A program made the translations under genes and the position numbers. 64,000 bases of DNA from positions 4,085 through 68,084 of IMG/VR virus record IMGVR_UViG_3300033146_001239, one strand, 5' to 3'. This DNA is from a virus. Positions 7,557-16,688 of the stretch are shown here, piece by piece. Below the pieces are notes generated by a model. It saw only the letters and a list, made by a program, of their open reading frames with translations, made no database searches and had not been told where the DNA came from. The stretch's first letter is position 1, and every line of letters begins with the position of its first letter.

Positions 7557-8504
7557 TCACAAATCTGACTCTTTTAATTTATAAGCCGTTTTTAAATATC
7601 TAAGCAACCCAACTCTACCATATTTTTCATTAATTAAAGAAATATCTAGTTTTTCTGGTAACAAAATAATTCTTATCCTACCACGTAATCTACCAGTATT
7701 TAAAATTCGATATAAATCTTTTGCATCATCTTCCGCATCACCATCTAATACAACAACAATATATCCCATTGCTTTATCAATCAAAAGTTTTAAGAGTTTA
7801 TCATACATGTATTTACCAAGCAACGTAATCGAATTAGGTATAACAATATGGTCAAAACCACCTTCAACTAAATAAATTGTAGCATCCCAATTTATTAATT
7901 TTTCATTAAAAACTATTGTTTGTTTTTCGATATCTGGATTTAAGTATTTTGGTTTTACTTTACCATAAGCTCTACCAACAAAATAATTTATCGTATCTTC
8001 ATTGGATTGAGATGGGATGATAACCCTACCAGCATATTCACCTTCTTTTATAAACCCAAGTTTATGTTTTTTAATGATATCCATAGAAACTCGTCTTTTA
8101 GTTAAGTATCTAATGGCCATATTATAATCAATGTCGTATGGATATTCTTCTGTCAATGGTAAATATTCTTTTGGTAGTTCGCTCATTACCTTGACCTCAC
8201 CCTTTTCTTTATGAAATTGATAATTTGGTGCGAATACTTTGAATTCCCTTAAATGTTTCGGGTCACCGTATCTAGATATTAGATATTTTAGCCCACCACT
8301 CATATTGTTTTGTTGGGCACAAGCCCAACATTTAAACACACCTTTTTCATAGTTAACTTCTAAATTACCCTTACCATCACCATCTGGTAAACCTTTGTCG
8401 TTAGCACATGCTGGACAATCAAATGAAATTTGCCCTTTATCGGGATTATGTTTCTTATGGTCACCTAAAAAATCTTCTAATATGTCAACAATTGCGTCAC
8501 TCAT
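7557..8504 (-). CDS. DNA primase (zinc finger + TOPRIM)
   Basis: CPAC...CWAC zinc finger, GRVIIP, YFVGR, KYLNP, TOPRIM LVEGGFD and LDGDA. Confidence 0.9.
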   Translation of the reverse strand: MSDAIVDILEDFLGDHKKHNPDKGQISFDCPACANDKGLPDGDGKGNLEVNYEKGVFKCWACAQQNNMSGGLKYLISRYGDPKHLREFKVFAPNYQFHKEKGEVKVMSELPKEYLPLTEEYPYDIDYNMAIRYLTKRRVSMDIIKKHKLGFIKEGEYAGRVIIPSQSNEDTINYFVGRAYGKVKPKYLNPDIEKQTIVFNEKLINWDATIYLVEGGFDHIVIPNSITLLGKYMYDKLLKLLIDKAMGYIVVVLDGDAEDDAKDLYRILNTGRLRGRIRIILLPEKLDISLINEKYGRVGLLRYLKTAYKLKESDL

Positions 8505-8508
8505 CCTA

Positions 8509-8539
8509 CAAAGATATAATATTTAATTTTAAAAATCAA
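8509..8539 (-). promoter_or_regulatory. Bacteroidetes-type promoter (TTG-N20-TATCTTTG), probably giving a leaderless primase mRNA
   Basis: TTG ATTTTTAAAATTAAATATTA TATCTTTG TAGG ATG; the ATG is 4 nt after the -7 box. Confidence 0.7.
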
Positions 8540-8639
8540 TTTAATTATAAAACATGACAAAAATCATAAAAAAATTACTTGAATAATTTCTATTTATTAT
8601 TAGGTTATACCTATAACGTTAAATTAAAAAAAAAATATT

Positions 8640-8693
8640 ATGTGTAAGTGTAAAAAGAAAAAAATTAAACCTCAAACAAGCAGTAGTAAGTAA
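8640..8693 (+). CDS. 17-aa basic Cys-containing peptide (MCKCKKKKIKPQTSSSK)
   Basis: Coupled to the next gene by a TAATG stop/start overlap; TATTTAT at 8591-8597. Confidence 0.35.
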   Translation: MCKCKKKKIKPQTSSSK

Positions 8694-9013
8694 TGAATAT
8701 ATTTTTATTTATTATCATCTGTTACGGGATTTCAAATATAATTGTATTTAGTTATATTTTTGAAAAAATACGTGATGTGTTAGAGAAAGTTTCACCAAAT
8801 TTTTTTGGTAAAATGGTTAATTGTATGATGTGTACTAGTACATGGATTGGATTTCTATTATCAACGATTGGTTATCTACTAAGTTACCCAGTCTTAAGCC
8901 CTATGTTACATTATGGTGTGGATATATTCTATTTAGCTATATTCTTAGATGGTATGTTAGCGTCTGGGTCGGTATGGTTAATTCATACAATTCAAGAATT
9001 TTTCGAAAAATAA
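8693..9013 (+). CDS. Small membrane protein with CxxC motif (DUF1360-like)
   Basis: Three hydrophobic segments; FFGKMVNCMMCTSTWIG. Confidence 0.7.
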   Translation: MNIFLFIIICYGISNIIVFSYIFEKIRDVLEKVSPNFFGKMVNCMMCTSTWIGFLLSTIGYLLSYPVLSPMLHYGVDIFYLAIFLDGMLASGSVWLIHTIQEFFEK

Positions 9014-9042
9014 AAAAGGGGTTTTACAACCCCCTTTTTTTT
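9012..9042. terminator. Bidirectional intrinsic terminator
   Basis: AAAAAA-GGGGTT-ttac-AACCCC-c-TTTTTTTT between convergent genes. Confidence 0.8.
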
Positions 9043-9691
9043 ATCTATCTTCTGGTAACCACTTACCTTCTTTGTGCATTTCTCCTAATACCGCAATATA
9101 GGCATCCGTCATATCAAAATTTTCTTTCTTTAATTTTCCCTTTTTATCGCGTAACCAAGCAATTTGTGGTTCTAATTCAACAACCTTATCCCAAACAACC
9201 TCTTTTTTATCAACATCCCATGGATAAGCACCAAATAATACGGGTTTATTCTTTTTTAATTGTTTTTCAGTATAAGCCTCACCTTTTTTATTATGGGTTC
9301 GAATAGCTTTTAATTCTGGAAACCCATAAGCTCTAGCATCATATGATGATATAAAATCTGGTACCACACCTAATTTAGCATATACAGCTCTACTCAACAT
9401 ACCATTAAATCTAAGTAACGTTGCAACCGTATTAACATTATTCGAACGTAATAATGGTTCTTCAATTATTACTTTACCAATACCAGCATTAATATATTCA
9501 TTTAAGAATTCATTATCGAAAATATCAGCTTTTTTAATAAGCTCTTCCATCTTTGATTCTGGTTTAGGTTTTACTTTAGGTGTCACGTGATGTAACAAAA
9601 GTAATTTACCTTTATCCCCTAAATCTTTGAAAACTGCTATACCAATTGTTTTAGTTGAAATATCCAACCCTAGAATTAAATCTTTACCCAT
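9041..9691 (-). CDS. RuvC-like Holliday junction resolvase (RNase H fold)
   Basis: ILGLDISTKTIG, VIIEEPL, FDMTDAY catalytic acidic motifs. Confidence 0.8.
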   Translation of the reverse strand: MGKDLILGLDISTKTIGIAVFKDLGDKGKLLLLHHVTPKVKPKPESKMEELIKKADIFDNEFLNEYINAGIGKVIIEEPLLRSNNVNTVATLLRFNGMLSRAVYAKLGVVPDFISSYDARAYGFPELKAIRTHNKKGEAYTEKQLKKNKPVLFGAYPWDVDKKEVVWDKVVELEPQIAWLRDKKGKLKKENFDMTDAYIAVLGEMHKEGKWLPEDR

Positions 9692-9739
9692 ATTATTTAT
9701 TTTTATTTAAAATAATAATAAATTTTAAAAAATAAACAC

Positions 9740-10948
9740 TTATACAGTTATTTTTACAGATAAAGCTATAAAAGTTTGTGTTGGTATCTCAATTTGTTTA
9801 TCTGGTTTAGCTAATGCTATCAATCTATTATTATCATCATATAAACCTAACTCCGACATTCTAATTACATCACCATTAGAATAAGTTGGATTAGTTGATA
9901 CACCAAACTCATTTCTATCCTTGATGCAAGTGATATTTTGTGCAACATCAGTTGCTATTGAATTAAATGTAACAGTTGTTGCGGATGTACCACTTAAATC
10001 GAAAGAATTAACGATATCTGGGTGTGTTATTACAATAAAACCTTTATCTAAATATGATACACCTACAACTGTATCAGCACTTTGACTAGTAACATTACTA
10101 GTTTTATTATTAAACATCATTTTATTTGCAACACTAAATGGTTTTACTTTATCAAAACCAGTCCCCCAACTTTTAGTTGGGTCACCATTAGGTCTTTTAA
10201 TATCATCAGAAAATAACATTGTTAATGGGTCACCAATATTACGAATATTAGTATTCGCAATTTCTTTTATATTATTATCTTGTTTTTCTGGTGAAGAAAT
10301 TCCTTTTTGATATGTACCATAAATATCATACGTACCACCACTAAATTGTATTGATATTTTAACCGATTTACCATCTAACATTTCACCATATTCATTTTGA
10401 TTAATACCAATGACTAATATTTTATCTTGATTAAGCCCACTTAATGCGGTGTTAGAATAACCACCATTAATATCATTTATATTCGAAAAATATTTCTTTT
10501 CGGTATCCGTTATTGGTAAACCAAAAGTCCTAAATAGATTACTATAATACGCATTTGAACCTGTTGTTATATTTCTATCAATTATTTCTTGAGTTAACCC
10601 AGATGATGATACCGTTTTACTACCTAATTTAACATTATTTGTGGTAACCATGTACGATGTTGATTCAATTGGTTTATAAATGATACCAGTTGGTAAAAAA
10701 CGAATATTATTTCTTATCATTGAACTATTTGATGAACTATTAGTATTGGTACTATTACCACCTAAAGAACCACCAATATTTGGTATCTTACCAGTTGGTA
10801 GAATCGAATTAGTATAATAATTCGCATCGCTATCCCCTAAACCAAATTTAGTAATAATATTAATATCATTAACTAATAATCTTTGTCTACCATAAGGTGT
10901 TAATCTAGCGATTAATGTTGTCGTTGTTGCACTTGTATTATAACCCAT
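9740..10948 (-). CDS. Virion structural protein (baseplate/tail), paralog of the adjacent gene
   Basis: N-terminal LTPYGR..L....FGLGDSDANY and C-terminal STNPT...IRMSELGLYDDNNRLIALAK are shared with 10962..13091. Confidence 0.65.
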   Translation of the reverse strand: MGYNTSATTTTLIARLTPYGRQRLLVNDINIITKFGLGDSDANYYTNSILPTGKIPNIGGSLGGNSTNTNSSSNSSMIRNNIRFLPTGIIYKPIESTSYMVTTNNVKLGSKTVSSSGLTQEIIDRNITTGSNAYYSNLFRTFGLPITDTEKKYFSNINDINGGYSNTALSGLNQDKILVIGINQNEYGEMLDGKSVKISIQFSGGTYDIYGTYQKGISSPEKQDNNIKEIANTNIRNIGDPLTMLFSDDIKRPNGDPTKSWGTGFDKVKPFSVANKMMFNNKTSNVTSQSADTVVGVSYLDKGFIVITHPDIVNSFDLSGTSATTVTFNSIATDVAQNITCIKDRNEFGVSTNPTYSNGDVIRMSELGLYDDNNRLIALAKPDKQIEIPTQTFIALSVKITV

Positions 10949-10961
10949 TTTATTTTACTTT

Positions 10962-13091
10962 TTAAAAATCCATACTTAATTCAATCATGATAGTATTACC
11001 ATTGATTAATTCAACAGGTGTCATTAATTTACCAATCACAACTAACTCTTTATTATCATCATATATCCCAACTTCACTAACCCTAATATTTGTAGGGTTT
11101 GTTGATGGGTCTTGACTCCTAGTTGGATTAGATGTTTGATTAAAATCAGCCGAATTTAATCGTATATCAAATATTGTTTTATATGTTGTCGCACCAATAT
11201 ATGTTTCTAAATTACCATAGAAGAAACGTTCATCACCGAAATTTAAATTTTCATATAGTGATTGTATTGGAATATTTAGTGTATCAATTAAATTAAAAAT
11301 TGTCGCACCAGTTGTTGTACCAGTTGAGATTACAAACCCATTTGTAGCTGGTGATTGATTTTCTAAAGCAGTTGGTGAAATGGTTTCACCAGACGCAACT
11401 GTAATTTGAGTACTTGTAAAATCAACCTCATTCCAAGCATCTGATAATGGTCTATCATCTATATCATCAACTATTTGATATAAGATTTTAAACTCATTCG
11501 CATAGAAACCTCTACCATCATAACCAACATCTTCAATCTTTCTCATATATGGTAATAAATCGATATCTTCTAACCTAAATTCTAAATCACGTGTAGATGA
11601 TGTTTCATTAGTTATTTTAGAATATTTTTGACAAGGTAATGGTGTTGTATAACCAGAACCATTTGAATTCATTAAACCGTATGTTATATACATTGTCTTA
11701 GTAGCTTCTAATATACCAGAATTGGCCCCACCACTTGGTGCTACCAAGTTAACACTTAATACTGGTAATGTCCAATTTCTATTAGATTTATATGACATAG
11801 CAGCAACAATTTCTTCATCATCTACCACAACTATTTTTAATTGTGGAAATACTTTACCGACAGCTTTAGGGGTTTTATTTCCGATTAATGTTGGTTCTTC
11901 GATTAAATCAACGTATTCTATATTTGAAATACCTATAGTTTTAACATCGCCAGATGCGATAAAATCCATACCCATTATATCACCAGTACTACTACCAGAA
12001 AATTCTCGTCTATGGTACATTAATGTTGGTATATGTAGTTTAACTGTCTTATCATGAACATTATCTATATAAAAGAATTCACCATAAAAATTAGATATAG
12101 TTCTATTAGTATAATGAATTATTGCGATATTTTTTTGACCTTTATCTAAACTAGATAAACCACCACATACGTCAGTACTATCATCACTACTTTCATTAAT
12201 ATCATACCCTAAATATGGGAACATTGTTCCTAAATAATCATATGACCCAAAACGTTCATACCCTTCATATGTTGTAGATGTACCACTTAAACCTAAAATA
12301 TTTTCAGAAAAAACATTATTCATATTCCATAATGGAACATCATCTAATGATACGTTACATGAACTATTAAACGCTAGAGTACCAGTATCCCAATAAGCAC
12401 TTTGATTTGCTTGACCGTATGCGTCATAAACCTCACCATGTTTATAAATAAAATACTCAATATTAACACTTTGACCAGATAAATTCGGTAGTTCTCTATC
12501 AACTGTTATTGTTGTATCACCAGAAATACCAGCATGAATTTGATACCATAAGTTAGGTGTTGGTTCAATATTTTCGGCCAAAGTTAAATTACCTAATACA
12601 TCATTAGTAAATTTAAACATTATCCAATCACCTAATTCCCTATTCACAGATGAACCAATGTTTAAATCAGTACCACCAGTAAAGTTTGATGCAGCAATTA
12701 CACCATTATCATTTACATATTCATTAGTTACCATAGTTGTGTAACCAGATGTTGTTGAACTAAATGCACCTCTTTCATCAGCTTCATTATTAGCAACAAC
12801 TTTCATTACCCTAATATCACCAGGTGATAATTCATTCAATACCTCAGTACCAGTATAAACATACGATTTGAAATCTGGTTGCCTATCTTTAGGTCTAAGT
12901 ATATTGGAAGAACCGCTTAGTGCTGGGTCTGTTAAATTATTTTCAACTACTGTTTCTCTATCGTAATTGATTTCAGAATCACCAACACCCCAATAAGAAA
13001 AATTCAACAAACCTTGCGATAATTTTTCCCTACCAGTTTCAGTTAATTTCACACTAATAAAAGCATTTGTACATTTTATAATATAACTCAT
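10962..13091 (-). CDS. Virion structural protein (baseplate/tail)
   Basis: LTETGREKL...WGVGDSEINY; C-terminal TSNPT...IRVSEVGIYDDNKELVVIGK, a tail-fibre-attachment-like motif. Confidence 0.65.
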   Translation of the reverse strand: MSYIIKCTNAFISVKLTETGREKLSQGLLNFSYWGVGDSEINYDRETVVENNLTDPALSGSSNILRPKDRQPDFKSYVYTGTEVLNELSPGDIRVMKVVANNEADERGAFSSTTSGYTTMVTNEYVNDNGVIAASNFTGGTDLNIGSSVNRELGDWIMFKFTNDVLGNLTLAENIEPTPNLWYQIHAGISGDTTITVDRELPNLSGQSVNIEYFIYKHGEVYDAYGQANQSAYWDTGTLAFNSSCNVSLDDVPLWNMNNVFSENILGLSGTSTTYEGYERFGSYDYLGTMFPYLGYDINESSDDSTDVCGGLSSLDKGQKNIAIIHYTNRTISNFYGEFFYIDNVHDKTVKLHIPTLMYHRREFSGSSTGDIMGMDFIASGDVKTIGISNIEYVDLIEEPTLIGNKTPKAVGKVFPQLKIVVVDDEEIVAAMSYKSNRNWTLPVLSVNLVAPSGGANSGILEATKTMYITYGLMNSNGSGYTTPLPCQKYSKITNETSSTRDLEFRLEDIDLLPYMRKIEDVGYDGRGFYANEFKILYQIVDDIDDRPLSDAWNEVDFTSTQITVASGETISPTALENQSPATNGFVISTGTTTGATIFNLIDTLNIPIQSLYENLNFGDERFFYGNLETYIGATTYKTIFDIRLNSADFNQTSNPTRSQDPSTNPTNIRVSEVGIYDDNKELVVIGKLMTPVELINGNTIMIELSMDF

Positions 13092-13144
13092 AGTTTAATC
13101 TTTTCTTTATTTTAATTATAAATATCCAATAGTAAAGAATTCAA

Positions 13145-14542
13145 TTAAGAATTAGCCATTATTGTTATTGGTACAACCTCAGTTGTTTTAATTCGTTCAA
13201 GTATATCACCACTTATTGTCTCATAAATTTTATGGTTAATTATTTTATAATATAAAGTATCACCTACACCATAACCCGTTAAATCTAATGTTTGTGAATA
13301 CATTATTTCACCAATAATATAATTTTGAGTACCACTAAATATTATATTACTACAATTAGAATCATCACTTAAATAAAATTCAAAATAACCTAACGTATTT
13401 TGCGGTGGAAATAAAAGCCTCCAAATTATTTCTGGATTAAATAATGTAATACTATTCTGAACATACGGAATTGATTGATATATTATCAATATTATATCAT
13501 CAACTATTAAATTACCCTCTAAAATAATTTTTCTCGGATTGGATAAGTCGGAATTATAATCTATATACGGTGCTAATGTTACACCATTTATTGATACAAT
13601 CACACCACCATTCTGATTTAATGATGTAAAAATTTCATATTTATTAGTATCAGTATTATAATATACTGAATTAGAACCTTCACCACCAGTACTACCAGAT
13701 GTAATCATTGGAACTACAAATGAATCGTGTGTAGTACTATTTACGTTATTATTCGAACCAATCACACCAATTAATGTGATTATATCACTAGTTTTCAAAC
13801 CACTATTAAATGTGATTAAATTATTTAATATAGTATAATCAATATTTTTTGATAATGTTAAACCATTCAAATTAACTATAATTTCACCATTATAATTATC
13901 AGTAAAATAAATTTGTGTTTGACCATCAAAATCTGGTATAATACTCCTTAAATATAATGAATTTAATGGTGTAACATTACCAGATGGTATATTAAGTAAC
14001 GGTATTGTAGCATCTGTGAATAAAACAAAATAAAAATCTAAATCTGGTACGTATTTATCATATAATTCACCAACAAAGTAGTCTTTAGTATCTATCGTTA
14101 AACCTAACCTCCCCAATATGTCAGTACAAACAAAATCATGAAAAAATATTTTAATTAAATATTCACCATCCATATTTAAGGTAGCTGCAACTATTTCAGT
14201 ATTAAATGACGCTGATAATGGGATGTTTAACTCTTGGTAAACTATCGAATCACTAAACCCAGATAACTGAGAATCGTATTTATATATTTCTAAATTAAAT
14301 GTTGTAGCTGTCGTACCACCAGTCAATAAAAAACCTAGATTAACTAATTCAGAATATCCATTAACAATATGAACACAAGTATCCCCAGTTGTTAAACCAC
14401 TTACAATTTTACAACCACCACTAACAGTATATCTTGGTTGTTCATAAATACAAATATCGGAACTCATGTTTACGTTCAAGATATCACTATTTCTAATAAC
14501 ATTAGAATTATTCTGTACATATATTGGTTGTTGATATCTCAT
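13145..14542 (-). CDS. Putative virion structural protein with two internal beta-rich repeats
   Basis: IIVNLNGLTLSKNIDY...L..SDIITL and VIVSINGVTLAPYIDY...L..DDIILI. Confidence 0.6.
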   Translation of the reverse strand: MRYQQPIYVQNNSNVIRNSDILNVNMSSDICIYEQPRYTVSGGCKIVSGLTTGDTCVHIVNGYSELVNLGFLLTGGTTATTFNLEIYKYDSQLSGFSDSIVYQELNIPLSASFNTEIVAATLNMDGEYLIKIFFHDFVCTDILGRLGLTIDTKDYFVGELYDKYVPDLDFYFVLFTDATIPLLNIPSGNVTPLNSLYLRSIIPDFDGQTQIYFTDNYNGEIIVNLNGLTLSKNIDYTILNNLITFNSGLKTSDIITLIGVIGSNNNVNSTTHDSFVVPMITSGSTGGEGSNSVYYNTDTNKYEIFTSLNQNGGVIVSINGVTLAPYIDYNSDLSNPRKIILEGNLIVDDIILIIYQSIPYVQNSITLFNPEIIWRLLFPPQNTLGYFEFYLSDDSNCSNIIFSGTQNYIIGEIMYSQTLDLTGYGVGDTLYYKIINHKIYETISGDILERIKTTEVVPITIMANS

Positions 14543-14775
14543 TAATAATTAATATTTAATTCAATTATTTTTTTATCACTACGTAAACCGAATGGTATAT
14601 TAATTTTAAATTCATCAGAAAGATAAACTTGTTTAAAATTTTGTGTAAAACCAATAAAACCGTATACATTAATATAATCTTCTATGTCTACTAAACTATA
14701 AATTAACCCCACATTAATTTTACTTTCATAGTTGTCACACACATTCGCTTCTATATTTTTTAATAATTTAGACAT
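14542..14775 (-). CDS. Hypothetical protein
   Basis: 77-aa ORF with TATTTAT 5 nt upstream and a stop/start overlap with the next gene. Confidence 0.55.
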   Translation of the reverse strand: MSKLLKNIEANVCDNYESKINVGLIYSLVDIEDYINVYGFIGFTQNFKQVYLSDEFKINIPFGLRSDKKIIELNINY

Positions 14776-14797
14776 ATATAATAAATATATTAAATTT

Positions 14798-16663
14798 CTA
14801 AAGTTTTATCCCTAATGATTCTGATGATTCACCAATTACTATATGTGAACCACCACCTTCATCACCATTTACATCAATTATTGATATTTTACCAATAAAT
14901 GATGAACCATCGTTCATATCATAAATTGATAAACCATTACAATTTAATGAATTAACATCAATAGTTGAGCAAGGATTAGTGTTCACACCTTTTAATTCTT
15001 TCGAATTCGGATTAGTTATTATTATACCATCATTTGATGATGCATTAGTAATTACTTGTTCATTTGATTTAATTGGGTTAACTGGATTAATTGGGTTAAC
15101 TGGATTAATTGGGTTAACTGGATTAATTGGGTTAACTGGTTCAAATGGTATAATAGGTTTAGTCATTTCTTTAATTGGTAATTCAATTATTGAAATATCG
15201 ATATTAGTATCACCAGTACCAATTATCCCACACGGACCGATTTCGTTACAAGTAATTAAACTATATCTTTTGTATTGAAATTTTTGTTGGTCAAAAATAG
15301 AATTTCTATAGACAGTTGTTGCACCCCAAATTGACGTTGACGGTACTACTTGTTCAAATAATTCATACCAATAATTATTCACTAAATTGATAAACTCATT
15401 TAAATCACAATATGTGTATTGATTTGGACCTAATTCACAATTATTTATTAAACCTAAATAAATTTCGTATAACCACCTTAGTGTTGGGTATGATTGTAAA
15501 ACTTTTCTATCTTTAACATCAACTAATTCAGATAACATAACCTCAATAAATGTTTGAACATCCGTTATATCATTAATATTTGTTGATAATAAATCATTAA
15601 GATTTGTACCACCAGAAAAAATATCATAATTAAGTACACACTCATTATTTATTAGAAAATCAAACACACCACACTCTATAGCTGACGCACCATCTAAATT
15701 TAAATCAATTTCTTTAGTATTTAAAACTAACCTCTCATGATTAACATTATAATTTGTATCTCGTTGAATTAAATTATAATTTCTATCATCAACACCATTT
15801 AAATTTACCCACGATTTTTTATTATCAATTTCTCGTGTTAAATCAAAACCAGGGCAAGAGTTTATTAATATATCCTCAACACGTGTTTGAGTACAAACCT
15901 TATTTAATTTAATATTATCCAATAATAATGAAAAATTACATGAACAACCATTCATAGTGAAACCTATTTTAATTTCTTCATTAGTAATCGAATTAATAAA
16001 ATCTTCATCACATATTGAATATTCAACATGTACCCAATCTGAATCAAACGTATTACCACTAACAAACGAACAATTATCACCTAAATTATTCTTCACACAT
16101 TCAATTAATCCATCACAATTATCACCAGTAAATAATATACCAGTATTCTCATTACCATTTATAAAATTTCCAAAATCATTTGTGGTTGAATAAAACTCAT
16201 TTTCGTTTACATTAACCCATCCAGAACTACCACTAGTTGGGTTACTAGAATATTGTTCTGTTGACATTATTACAGAATTTAGTATAATATTCTCTAAATT
16301 AGGTAATACATTACAAGTACTACCACTATTACTACAAGATAATAAATTTTCACAATTAAATTGTATTAAAAAATCGAACGATATATTTAAACAACACACC
16401 TCATCTTCATCAATAATAAAGGTAGTCCCACCACTATCGTTTGTTGATAAAATAGTTGTAAACTCATCCATATTTTCGGTACAATCGTATGGGCACTCAC
16501 ACCTAGATTGGGTAGGATTCCAAACACCACCTTGTAAAAAACAACAATATTCACCAACCGAATCAGTTGTATCACCACTAGTATTTCCTACAATAACACC
16601 ATCTTCACATCTAATATTATTTAGTTCTACACCATATATGTTATAACAAGTATTATAACCCAT
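14798..16663 (-). CDS. Cys-rich putative virion structural protein
   Basis: 621-aa ORF in the structural cluster; many Cys; PVNPIN repeat. Confidence 0.6.
   Translation of the reverse strand: MGYNTCYNIYGVELNNIRCEDGVIVGNTSGDTTDSVGEYCCFLQGGVWNPTQSRCECPYDCTENMDEFTTILSTNDSGGTTFIIDEDEVCCLNISFDFLIQFNCENLLSCSNSGSTCNVLPNLENIILNSVIMSTEQYSSNPTSGSSGWVNVNENEFYSTTNDFGNFINGNENTGILFTGDNCDGLIECVKNNLGDNCSFVSGNTFDSDWVHVEYSICDEDFINSITNEEIKIGFTMNGCSCNFSLLLDNIKLNKVCTQTRVEDILINSCPGFDLTREIDNKKSWVNLNGVDDRNYNLIQRDTNYNVNHERLVLNTKEIDLNLDGASAIECGVFDFLINNECVLNYDIFSGGTNLNDLLSTNINDITDVQTFIEVMLSELVDVKDRKVLQSYPTLRWLYEIYLGLINNCELGPNQYTYCDLNEFINLVNNYWYELFEQVVPSTSIWGATTVYRNSIFDQQKFQYKRYSLITCNEIGPCGIIGTGDTNIDISIIELPIKEMTKPIIPFEPVNPINPVNPINPVNPINPVNPIKSNEQVITNASSNDGIIITNPNSKELKGVNTNPCSTIDVNSLNCNGLSIYDMNDGSSFIGKISIIDVNGDEGGGSHIVIGESSESLGIKL
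15069..15139. repeat. 18-bp tandem repeat x4 (TTAATTGGGTTAACTGGA) encoding (PVNPIN)n
   Basis: Copies start at 15069, 15087, 15105 and 15123. Confidence 0.95.
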
Positions 16664-16688
16664 TTATCTATTTATTTTATTTTTGTTA

